DNA of 64,000 nucleotides from an uncultured Acidimicrobiia bacterium (GTDB lineage Bacteria; Actinomycetota; Acidimicrobiia; Spongiisociales; JAENVV01): NCBI GenBank assembly GCA_963847455.1, contig CAWKAG010000058.1, positions 5,644 to 69,643 of the forward strand, read 5' to 3'. Shown piece by piece: positions 27,501 to 34,069 of this stretch (position 1 is its first letter; each line of letters starts with the position of its first letter). The notes under the pieces were generated by a model. It saw only the letters and a program-made list of their open reading frames with translations, ran no database searches and was not told where the DNA came from. The position numbers and the translations under genes were made by a program.

Positions 27501-30445
27501 GTGAACGTCGAGCGATACTCACGCTCGTTGGCGACGATGCCCTGGTCCTTGACTCGGAAGAAGGGAATCTGGTCATCTCCGCCCACGATGACAATATTGG
27601 CTATGTCTGGATTGGACGCCCGGTAGCTGTCAACCAGTTCTCCAATTGCCGTAGCGACCGCGTTTGCGGCATCGACACTGCAGTTTCCGCTGGCGCCGAG
27701 CCAGGTGGTGTAGGCGGCAGCTACGGCCGGATTGCCTTCCACTGGTACGACTACACCGGCTGGAGCGAATCCGGAGTTGTTGACGGCGTCAATCGCATTT
27801 AACACGTTGGTGGTCGCCGCAGAACCGAAAGTGTCACCGAACAGTTCCGTGTTCATCAGGTACAAGGTTTCGACGCCAGCCAGGTCGGTCGGTAGCGACC
27901 CTGCCAAGCCGTCACCGGCGTTGGCCAAGACGCGCGGGGCGCAGGCACTTGCGACAGGGGCATCGATTACACGAATGCGGCTGACATACACCGATTCAGG
28001 CGTTGCTCCGTTGTATCCGGAGATCTGCAAGAAGAAGTCGCCACCTTCGCGCAGGGGCGGGGTAACAATGGCCTCGTTGGCCGTCGACCGATGCAGCGAC
28101 GCCTTGAAGACTGGCGCGATATCGGTATTGGCGATATCCGCCAGGCTCTCTTGATCCTGTTCCACCGGGTCGATCCCGATCGTCGGGTCGAGCGAGCCAT
28201 CCACGATGCGCTCTGCCGGGCCACGCAATTCTCCGTCCGAGGTCTGACCCGGTTCAAACAGCACGAGATCCAGGTCAACCCCTCCAGGGTTCAGGTAGGC
28301 CTCGATGGTCGCACCTGGCGGAACATTGAGTTTGAACATATCCACATCGTCTTCGGTCCCAATCCGCCCGAGTACAACCACATCGCCGGACACCGCAGTG
28401 GCCGTGCCGAAGGTGTCATTGGGTTCCACATCGAGGACAATCGTCGGCGCCGTATCCGTCGCTGTGTAGCCAAGGGTGTTGACCGTCGTTGCTACAGGAG
28501 TCGTCGTATCGGCAGTGAACGATGTTCCCAGGTCGAAGAGGATGACCCGGCTCGAGTTCAGCTCAAGCCCGTCAACGATCCATTGAAGCGTATTGCCATC
28601 TTCTTCAGGGTCGCTCAGCGGAACGGCGGACGCACCTTCAACACTTATCCGGGCGGAGCCGGGAACGTAGGCCATGCCCGCTGGGAGGTTCACGCTCGCT
28701 TCAGCAGTAAAGGCGAATTCAGCTCCGGGGACCAGGCCAGGTTCGCCTGCCATGGTGAAGTCTACCGACCATCCCGTCACCGCGGGGTGCTGCGCAGCGA
28801 GCACGGCTGGATCGACATCTTCCCAGCCCAGTTCGCCCGGGTTGAGCAGAGCAAGAAGCAGCTCAAAGACCGGCATTCCAACCCACAGTTCGGCCAATTG
28901 GCCAAGCGTCAACTCCGGGGGAAGCTCGGCGATCGTGGTCTCGGGCAACAGATCCAGCAGGGTCGCTGTACCGACGAGGGCAACAATATCTAGTCCGGCT
29001 TCAGCGAGGTCAGACAACGGTATGTCACCTATCGCCCCAGCCAGATCCCCCAGCGTGGCGGTGGGGAGAATGAGTCCGAGCTGCTGGAGTTCGAACAGCG
29101 TTAACAACCCATTGCCTGAGCATCCCCCTGCGAGCGATCCACAACTGATGATGGCCGACGGGTTGGCGATCGCTCCCAGCTGAATCGCTCCCAGCTGAAT
29201 TGCCCCTAGCTGAGTACTCGTCGGAATGGCTCCTAGCTGAATCGCACCCAGTTGAATGGCACCAAGCTGCGCGAAAACCGGATTGTTGAAATCGATCGCG
29301 CCGAGCTGAATGGCTCCGAGCTGAGTTGAACTGGGGCCAATGGCGCCAAGCTGAATCGCCCCCAGTTGCGTGCTAGCCGGATCGATCGCACCGAGCTGAA
29401 TCGCACCCAGCTGAATCGCCCCGAGCTGGGTGCTTTCGAGGTCGCCGATAGCCCCCAGCTGGATAGCGCCGAGCTGAATCGCGCCAAGCTGGGTGCTCAG
29501 CAAGTCGGCACCCATAGCTCCGAGAGCCAGGAGGCTGTAGCCGTCGAGTTCATCGCCAACGAACGGACCAGCTGGATCGAGCCCAAGTTCAGAACAGTCC
29601 AAACCGCTTGCACAAAAATCGGCGACCAGGTTGGCCTTGTTGATGGCCCCAAGCTGGATGGCACCCAACTGAATCGCGCCAAGCTGAATCGCCCCGAGCT
29701 GCGTGTTCCCGATCGTTGCCTCATTGGCACCGATTGCCCCAAGCTGGATAGCACCGAGCTGGATCGCACCGAGCTGAATGGCACCTAGCTGCGTTCCCGA
29801 TGGGTCGATCGCACCGAGCTGGATCGCTCCGAGCTGAGCGAAGTCGAGATCGACCCCCATCAGGGTCAACGCCATGACGCTGTAGTCGTCGAAGCTGTTG
29901 CTGTTCGAGGGGTTGATGCCAAGAGCACCGCAATCGAGGTCGCCCGCACACAAAGCGGCGAGCTGATCGCCGATCGCACCCAGCTGAATTGCCCCGAGCT
30001 GAATCGCTCCCAACTGAATTGCGCCAAGCTGGATCGCACCAAGTTGGATGGCCCCGAGCTGGCTGGCGGTAACCCCCGACTCGGCGATGCGCAGATCTCG
30101 CAGTAGGTTCAGGTTGACGACCTCGTCGATCACCTGCTGGAGCGTGACAGTGTACGACGGCCGACCGGCAAGGGACGTACCGGCCAGGATCGGTTCCCAA
30201 CCGCCGACCATCGGCACGTCGACGAGTGTGACTTCATCGAGGATGGTTGGTATGACAGTCGGCGACGCCGCTGCGGTGATCTCGTTGGCAGCATCGATTA
30301 TCGACCCGATGGTCATGTGACCGGCGGCGTCGGCCAAGCCCGATGGCACCCAACTGAATCGCACCAAGCTGGATGGCACCGAGCTGGATCGCACCGAGCT
30401 GCGTCGAGGACGGTCCGTCGGTCGCTCCGAAGAATGTCCCGACAT
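24578..30445 (-). CDS. Largest intact fragment of the giant gene: QLGAI arrays, PPC domain, C25 (gingipain)-like module, Ig/FN3-like and PKD domains, C-terminal beta-rich domain
   Basis: 1,955-aa ORF. The first roughly 35 codons (to about 30340) are out-of-frame read-through of the upstream QLGAI array. The rest has clear domain motifs; see the sub-features. Confidence 0.8.
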   Translation of the reverse strand: MSGHSSERPTDRPRRSSVRSSSVPSSLVRFSWVPSGLADAAGHMTIGSIIDAANEITAAASPTVIPTILDEVTLVDVPMVGGWEPILAGTSLAGRPSYTVTLQQVIDEVVNLNLLRDLRIAESGVTASQLGAIQLGAIQLGAIQLGAIQLGAIQLGAIGDQLAALCAGDLDCGALGINPSNSNSFDDYSVMALTLMGVDLDFAQLGAIQLGAIDPSGTQLGAIQLGAIQLGAIQLGAIGANEATIGNTQLGAIQLGAIQLGAIQLGAINKANLVADFCASGLDCSELGLDPAGPFVGDELDGYSLLALGAMGADLLSTQLGAIQLGAIQLGAIGDLESTQLGAIQLGAIQLGAIDPASTQLGAIQLGAIGPSSTQLGAIQLGAIDFNNPVFAQLGAIQLGAIQLGAIPTSTQLGAIQLGAIQLGAIANPSAIISCGSLAGGCSGNGLLTLFELQQLGLILPTATLGDLAGAIGDIPLSDLAEAGLDIVALVGTATLLDLLPETTIAELPPELTLGQLAELWVGMPVFELLLALLNPGELGWEDVDPAVLAAQHPAVTGWSVDFTMAGEPGLVPGAEFAFTAEASVNLPAGMAYVPGSARISVEGASAVPLSDPEEDGNTLQWIVDGLELNSSRVILFDLGTSFTADTTTPVATTVNTLGYTATDTAPTIVLDVEPNDTFGTATAVSGDVVVLGRIGTEDDVDMFKLNVPPGATIEAYLNPGGVDLDLVLFEPGQTSDGELRGPAERIVDGSLDPTIGIDPVEQDQESLADIANTDIAPVFKASLHRSTANEAIVTPPLREGGDFFLQISGYNGATPESVYVSRIRVIDAPVASACAPRVLANAGDGLAGSLPTDLAGVETLYLMNTELFGDTFGSAATTNVLNAIDAVNNSGFAPAGVVVPVEGNPAVAAAYTTWLGASGNCSVDAANAVATAIGELVDSYRASNPDIANIVIVGGDDQIPFFRVKDQGIVANEREYRSTFTGNNPLVAALGDGTVLTDAPYSDPNPLYVPQGDREVFIPQLPTGRLVDQPAEILASLAQFVASNGELETVVSTTDPAPAAQVLGYDFLSDSSATIAASLTSQGFAVTSTVSETWDKLVLKGAMDSPSAIVNANAHFDHTAALPAAGNLTNTFTNLYQLADLQPPSSGAYEGKIIFSMGCHAGTNAPDSYLAAGDPVTEWAQELLLREAVFVGNTGFGYGDSDFEAYSEELMSLFAQKIETSNTVGEAFVAAQQTMAGKTPKWSPYHDKSQMEATLYGLPFYRLHESLISAPVNPTVSTAPDGTGLESAAVSASAAITQIAATDGDYLVADDVLAVPFRPVQPLELINVTPTTASLRAAGAIIEGGTSSDLPNFDVLYARPILYNELAEPETETTGAFPNALQAITSFENPGGTVDQLLLARGRYFPSTSTQQRWDAMDLTVYYVPDSVADVTPPTISRVSAVEITAGQVNFEVEAEDDSGVLRVVVLYKQAGTTGAWTKLELGSTSGPWTGNVSGLTAAENVDFFVQVLGGDGQVVVSTDKAEMHQVLPPGPPTIQVSGVLGNNGIYKSPAQVALAGPANAPGAALEYSIDSGPFSGYTGPFELADGTHTVRAQPTIPSASLTTKTVVVDSMAPTVSVENPIAPGVKLELNSVVPLQYFCADTGGTGIAKCKGTVGNGAPLPTDSVGLHVAQVTATDKAGNTTVTLVPYEVVPEGPMTLTADQSIVPVDTTVTFTATYSDTGGPHSVEWDFDGDGLFGDLPVTSTSSTSGDDEVTEATFLYGSTGVYPVSVRVTHGIGGYVQTEVLRYIVVYDPAEGFVTGGGWFNSPIGAYTPGDNEDPAIVGKAHFGFVSKYKKGSSVPTGNTSFELKAGDLDFESTSYEWMVISGKKAQYKGLGVVEGYEGVFQFRLTAMDADVNPNDNFDKDTFRIEIWQSGNGPKFVLYDNGLGADPSGDEGTTELGGGSIKIHSGKKK
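24581..25065 (-). other. C-terminal beta-rich domain of giant protein (GGGWF...AHFGFVSKYKKG...FRLTAMDADV...DTFRIEIW...GGGSIKIHSGKKK)
   Basis: Conserved-looking roughly 160-aa terminal module with alternating-strand sequence. No LPXTG, PEP-CTERM or T9SS-type sorting signal recognised. Confidence 0.5.
25070..25355 (-). other. PKD domain of giant protein
   Basis: VTFTATYSDTGGPHSVEWDFDGDG...GVYPVSVRVTHG matches the PKD-domain WDFGDG signature. Confidence 0.7.
26650..27700 (-). other. Peptidase C25 (gingipain)-like clan CD module of giant protein
   Basis: IANIVIVGGDDQIPFFRV, VLTDAPYSDP, NANAHFDH and IIFSMGCHAGTN resemble the C25 motifs (LLIGD..IP, sD.yY, GHG, catalytic Cys). The candidate catalytic Cys codon is at 26966-26968. 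Confidence 0.55.
28250..28430 (-). other. Bacterial pre-peptidase C-terminal (PPC)-like domain of giant protein
   Basis: EPNDTFGTATAVSGDVVVLGRIGTEDDVDMFKLNVPPGATIEAYL...DLDLVLFEPG fits the EPND...A..l...G.i....DvD.y.f PPC pattern. Confidence 0.65.
29168..30405 (-). repeat. Coding tandem repeat: 36 perfect QLGAI pentapeptides (15-nt period) in 11 arrays of 2-6 units, interrupted by two paralogous Cys-containing inserts
   Basis: Translation shows (S/T/A)QLGAI(QLGAI)n arrays. Units use different synonymous codons (for example CAGCTCGGTGCGATC, CAGCTAGGGGCAATT, CAACTGGGTGCGATT, CAGTTGGGAGCGATT). Inserts LCAGDLDCGALGINP...DDYSVMALTLMGVDL and FCASGLDCSELGLDP...LDGYSLLALGAMGADL are paralogous. Confidence 0.9.
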
Positions 30446-30719
30446 TAAGGTCGGTGATCGGGATCACGGATGATTCGCTCGGAGCGGCCAGCTGATCGAT
30501 CTCGACCGTCAGCTCGGTCGGGATCGTTGTGGTTTGAAGCTCAAATGCGCCTGAGTCGCACGCCGACCCGATCGGACGAGGTTCTCCACGTTGATCGGTT
30601 GCGGGGCACTGACCCTCGATCGCTCCGGACCAATTGATGATCTCGTGTACCGCAGATGCCGCACCCGTGCCCGAGGAAAAACCGAAATAGACGGGATCGT
30701 ACGGGTCACCGTTACCCAC
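30234..30719 (-). CDS. Giant-gene fragment: end of lectin domain, helix-cap motif, first QLGAI array
   Basis: 161-aa ORF: GNGDPYDPVYFGFSSGTGAASAVHEIINWSG (lectin C-terminus), CPATDQRGEPRPIGSACDSGAFEL, then SSTQLGAIQLGAIQLGAIQLGAIG. It goes out of frame near 30340. The same frame is open upstream to about 30828 without a start codon. Confidence 0.7.
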   Translation of the reverse strand: MGNGDPYDPVYFGFSSGTGAASAVHEIINWSGAIEGQCPATDQRGEPRPIGSACDSGAFELQTTTIPTELTVEIDQLAAPSESSVIPITDLNVGTFFGATDGPSSTQLGAIQLGAIQLGAIQLGAIGLGRRRRSHDHRVDNRCCQRDHRSGVADCHTNHPR

Positions 30720-31087
30720 GATATCGGCGATATCGACTGTTGCGGAAGTGGTGGCGACGACCGTTCCGTTCGTAACGGAGACGTCCAGCAGGTTTGTGGT
30801 GCCGTCATAGGTGATGGTGGCGGTCCAAACCGGCCATCGTCGAAATGACCGTTGAACTGATCGTAGACCAGCGAGGATTGCATGTTGCCGTCGATGTCAA
30901 TGCCGACGTGGTCGATTCCGGTACCGGAGGTGTCAGGATCGGAGTTCGGGAAACCTCCAGCCTGGAACGAGAACGTGTCAAACTCGACGACTACCGTATC
31001 AACGAGGTCACCGATGCCGATCTGGCCGCCGCCAGCACCGAGCGCGGTCGGGACTGGGGGCAATGACGAAGGTGAGTCCATCGCCAC
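30509..31087 (-). CDS. Giant-gene fragment: central part of L-type lectin domain
   Basis: 192-aa ORF. Only about 30828-31055 looks genuine (ALGAGGGQIGIGDLVDTVVVEFDTFSFQAGGFPNSDPDTSGTGIDHVGIDIDGNMQSS). The remainder is out-of-frame. Confidence 0.65.
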   Translation of the reverse strand: MAMDSPSSLPPVPTALGAGGGQIGIGDLVDTVVVEFDTFSFQAGGFPNSDPDTSGTGIDHVGIDIDGNMQSSLVYDQFNGHFDDGRFGPPPSPMTAPQTCWTSPLRTERSSPPLPQQSISPISWVTVTRTIPSISVFPRARVRHLRYTRSSIGPERSRVSAPQPINVENLVRSGRRATQAHLSFKPQRSRPS

Positions 31088-31275
31088 TGGATTCGTCGCC
31101 GCAACCCTGCGTACGGTGCCGATATCTGGAAGTCGAACGTCGTGGCAAAACCGTTTCCGTCGAGCAGGATCGGTTGACGCCAGAACCCGGTCCCCGCTTG
31201 ACCACCGCCACTGGTCAGCCGGAGACGATTGGCGTCCAAGCTTGCCGAGCCGTTCGTCAGGATGTTGGCACCAGG
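30615..31275 (-). other. L-type (legume-like) lectin domain spanning four reading-frame segments
   Basis: Concatenated frames give LTNGSASLDANRLRLTSGGGQAGTGFW...FATTFDFQIS...SGDGLTFVIAPSP...LGAGGGQIGIGDL...VVVEFDTF...DHVGIDIDGN...WTATITYDG...VYFGFSSGTG...HEIINWS, the canonical order of legume-lectin motifs. Confidence 0.7.
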
Positions 31276-33801
31276 ATTGAAGTTGGTGTAACCGCCTGGT
31301 GGGAACGCCCGGTCGCGTGCCGGACTCGACGGCTCGAGAGCGTGGGTCTCGGTTGGGCCTCCGTAGTTACCCAAGGGCAGGAGTCCCGGATCCACCGGGC
31401 CGATTCCCTCAATCGTGTCGCCGTCTCCGACGAGATCGTTGGTGAGCCAGGTGGCGCATCCGTAATCGTCGATGCCGACGACGTTCCGACCCAACGAGAT
31501 GATCGACGCCGAGCAGTCGGGATCGCCGGTCGCTGACGTGTTGTTGGCGACGATGCTGTTCCCCATGCGGAACTGACTTTCGTCCGTGACCAGCCCGCCG
31601 GCAGCCAGCGAGTCCGTATTATTGGTGATCGTCACATGGTTGAGGTCGACGGTCCAGCCGGAGAAGATTCCGCCGGTGCCGCCATTGGGTGCGGAGTTGC
31701 CTGAAATCGTGGAGTTCTCGATCAGGCCAGTCGTGCCGCTGTAGATGCCGCCGGATGCCGCCCAGCCCGTCCCGGTGGCGACATTATTGGAGATGGTGGA
31801 CGCCACGATCTCATACGACTCGCCGCCTCCTTCGAGATAGAGCCCGCCGCCAGTGTTGGCAGTGTTGCCATCGACTGTGACTTCGTCGAACAAGGCGTCG
31901 TAGCCGTAGTCGAGCCAGTACACGGCGCCGCCCGAAGAAGCGGCTTCGTTACCCACCAGATCGGATGACTCGATGGTGAGATCCGACGTCGAGTAAATTC
32001 CGCCGCCGTCGCCACCTGCGTCGTTGTTGGAGAAGACCGAATTGGTGATCGTGGCGGTGCCGAACGTGTTCAGGCCAGCGCCGTCGCCCGTGGAAATGTT
32101 TCCATCGACCGTGGAGGCGTCGAGTGTCAGATCGACCCAACTCTGAATCCGCAGACCCGCCCCGATGTTTGCGGTATTGCTAGTAATGATCGTATCGGTA
32201 ATGGTGGCTGAGGCCGAGCATTCGACGCACGCCGCAACATTGAATCCACCGCCCGAACCGCCCGTGTTATTGCTTACCGTCGCACCCGTGACGATCAGAT
32301 CATCACTGAACATCAGTATGCCGCCACCCTGAGCCGCGGCGTTCAAGTCGATCAGGCTCGGCCGTGACTGCGAACTCTCGATGGTCACCGGTGCGAACCG
32401 TGCATACAGGCCGCCGCCGAGTCCAGTTGCAGTATTCGAGAGCAAGTGGACGCCTTGAAGCAGCGCGCTACCGTCTTCGATCTTAATGCCAGCGCCACCA
32501 ACCGACGAGTTGGATTGAATGGTCGAATCGACGACGGTGAGAGTCGCACTGCCCTCAACACCGATACCGCCACCTTCTTGCGATCCATTATTCGAAATCG
32601 TAGAGTCACTGATCATCGCCGAGGTCGGGCCACATTCACCGCAGTCAGCGACCCACACGCCACCGCCAGAAGCATCGGCGACATTGGCATCGACCACCGA
32701 TCCGGCATCAACCGTAAGGGTGGCTCCATCGATAGCGGCGATAGCGCCGCCGTTGGATGCGGTGTTGGTAGAGAGAGTGGTTCCTGAAACTGAAACGTTG
32801 GTGTCATTTGCCAGGATGCCGCCACCGTCGGCCGGAGCGAAGTTCAGCGTCAGGTCGTTGAGGGCGAAGTACTCCGTGTCCGTGTCTGTGCCGTACGCGA
32901 GACCCCTGGGCACCCACCGAATCCGGTGGGTGCCAGCCGCCAACGTCTGCACGCTGGTCAAGCCGATCGTACTGGTCTCACCGTAGTTGGCGTCGCTGAG
33001 ATTCAACGGTGAGCCGATATCGCTCCAACCCTCGCCCTCGAACAGCTGCAGTTGCACGTCATAATCCGGGTTGGTGGGATAGGTCAGATTGTGATTGTGG
33101 AAGTGCTGGAAGGTCACGTCTTCAAGTTGGACTGGCCCGGTTGATATGAACTCCATATATGGGTAGTTGCCGGTCTCACTCATAAACCGGGTCAAGTGGA
33201 CCTTGCCCGCCGCTCCGAAGTTCTCGGCGCCTTCGACCGGGTTGCTGCCGCCGCCCGTTTGAGAGACAAATCCAGTTACTGACCCTGTAGACAGGCCAGT
33301 TGCGGTTGTGACAGGACCTACGGCTGTCGCGTTCTCGAAGTCCCAGAACAACGCCCCACTGTTGGCGGTGTTATTGGCGACGTCGCCGCCGCTGAGGTCC
33401 ATAGTGCCGCCGTTGCTTGCAATACCACCGCCGGAAGTGCTCGAGTTGCCAGAGATGGTCGATTCGATGACGGTGACGTCAGCGCCATTGCTATAAATGG
33501 CCCCGCCCCAACCAAGTGCAACGTTGTTGGAAAGCGTGGAGTTGACGATGGTCAGGGTGTTCCCAGAATCGATCCAGATACCCCCGCCGTCGTCTGCTGC
33601 TTCGTTGCCGTCGACAATGACATTGGTGAGGATAACGTCGTGTCCGCCTCCATCCACGTGAATGCCGCCACCCTGGTTGGTACTCGACCCGCCGGTAATG
33701 GTGAGGTTCTCGAAGGTGGCGTCGCCGGCGGTAAGGGTCACGGCGCGGTCTAGTCCTTGTGCATCGACCACCACGCTGGACGGCGAGCGCGCCCGTCCCA
33801 A
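30991..33801 (-). CDS. Giant-gene fragment: right-handed parallel beta-helix with about 20 GGxGI/GGAI (polymorphic-membrane-protein-like) turns, one ~170-aa inserted domain, helix cap, start of lectin domain
   Basis: 936-aa ORF with repeated motifs NQGGGIHVDGGG, DDGGGIWIDSG, GWGGAIYSNGA, QEGGGIGVEGS, GDGGGIYSTSD and others. Cap motif LPLGNYGGPTETHALEPSSPARD. The C-terminal roughly 45 codons are out-of-frame after about 31125. Confidence 0.8.
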   Translation of the reverse strand: MGRARSPSSVVVDAQGLDRAVTLTAGDATFENLTITGGSSTNQGGGIHVDGGGHDVILTNVIVDGNEAADDGGGIWIDSGNTLTIVNSTLSNNVALGWGGAIYSNGADVTVIESTISGNSSTSGGGIASNGGTMDLSGGDVANNTANSGALFWDFENATAVGPVTTATGLSTGSVTGFVSQTGGGSNPVEGAENFGAAGKVHLTRFMSETGNYPYMEFISTGPVQLEDVTFQHFHNHNLTYPTNPDYDVQLQLFEGEGWSDIGSPLNLSDANYGETSTIGLTSVQTLAAGTHRIRWVPRGLAYGTDTDTEYFALNDLTLNFAPADGGGILANDTNVSVSGTTLSTNTASNGGAIAAIDGATLTVDAGSVVDANVADASGGGVWVADCGECGPTSAMISDSTISNNGSQEGGGIGVEGSATLTVVDSTIQSNSSVGGAGIKIEDGSALLQGVHLLSNTATGLGGGLYARFAPVTIESSQSRPSLIDLNAAAQGGGILMFSDDLIVTGATVSNNTGGSGGGFNVAACVECSASATITDTIITSNTANIGAGLRIQSWVDLTLDASTVDGNISTGDGAGLNTFGTATITNSVFSNNDAGGDGGGIYSTSDLTIESSDLVGNEAASSGGAVYWLDYGYDALFDEVTVDGNTANTGGGLYLEGGGESYEIVASTISNNVATGTGWAASGGIYSGTTGLIENSTISGNSAPNGGTGGIFSGWTVDLNHVTITNNTDSLAAGGLVTDESQFRMGNSIVANNTSATGDPDCSASIISLGRNVVGIDDYGCATWLTNDLVGDGDTIEGIGPVDPGLLPLGNYGGPTETHALEPSSPARDRAFPPGGYTNFNPGANILTNGSASLDANRLRLTSGGGQAGTGFWRQPILLDGNGFATTFDFQISAPYAGLRRRIQWRWTHLRHCPQSRPRSVLAAARSASVTSLIR

Positions 33802-34069
33802 TCAAGGTGAGGCCGTCACCAATTGTGATTACCTCGAGGTAGGTGCCGGGAGCGACACTGATGGTGTCCCCCGTGGACGCAGCGTCGATTGCTGCCTGAA
33901 TGGTGCAATACGGTGCCCCTTCAGAATCGCTGCAACCCTCGTCCGCTTGATCCACCTGCAAGACGGCGGCGCGAGCGATTTCGGGCGGTGGGGCGGCCAG
34001 GAGAGTTGCCACCATGAGAAAAACGAGTAGTACCGAATGGACGCGCGTCCAAATTGCCCGATCAGCCAT
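33491..34069 (-). CDS. Giant-gene N-terminal fragment (signal peptide + first beta-helix turn); only about 33785-34069 appears genuine
   Basis: MADRAIWTRVHSVLLVFLMVATLLAAPPPEIARAAV signal sequence, then CTIQAAIDAASTGDTISVAPGTYLEVITIGDGLTLIGTGA. After about 33785 the frame becomes Arg-rich nonsense, while the +1 frame continues SPSSVVVDAQGLDRAVTLTAGDATFENLTITGG. AAGGGG RBS 8 nt upstream of the ATG. Confidence 0.65.
   Translation of the reverse strand: MADRAIWTRVHSVLLVFLMVATLLAAPPPEIARAAVLQVDQADEGCSDSEGAPYCTIQAAIDAASTGDTISVAPGTYLEVITIGDGLTLIGTGALAVQRGGRCTRTRPRRDPYRRRRHLREPHHYRRVEYQPGWRHSRGWRRTRRYPHQCHCRRQRSSRRRRGYLDRFWEHPDHRQLHAFQQRCTWLGRGHL

Larger units (their letters stand above)
24578..34069 (-). 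pseudogene. Giant (~3,160 codon) secreted mosaic surface protein gene interrupted by five +/-1 frame breaks (pseudogene or assembly indels)
   Basis: Six minus-strand ORF pieces join mid-domain when the frame is changed near 33785, 31125, 31055, 30828 and 30340. Example: lectin motif ...SGDGLTFVIAPSPDRA | LGAGGGQIGIGDLVDTVVVEFDTF... | ...WTATITYDGTTNLLDVSV...GNGDPYDPVYFGFSSGTG. Signal peptide at the 34069 end. A single stop at 24578. Confidence 0.7.

Noticed and set aside
29140-30410. 15-nt periodic near-identical DNA units that could be mistaken for a CRISPR array or a non-coding satellite
   Set aside because: There are no unique spacers of regular length. The period is 15 nt, and the units translate in one frame to QLGAI with synonymous variation inside a long ORF. 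It is a coding repeat.
30300-33800. Programmed ribosomal frameshifting as the explanation for the five frame changes in the giant gene
   Set aside because: The five sites have different sequence contexts. I see no common slippery heptamer or downstream pseudoknot, and both +1 and -1 directions appear to be needed. Indel error or pseudogenisation is simpler.
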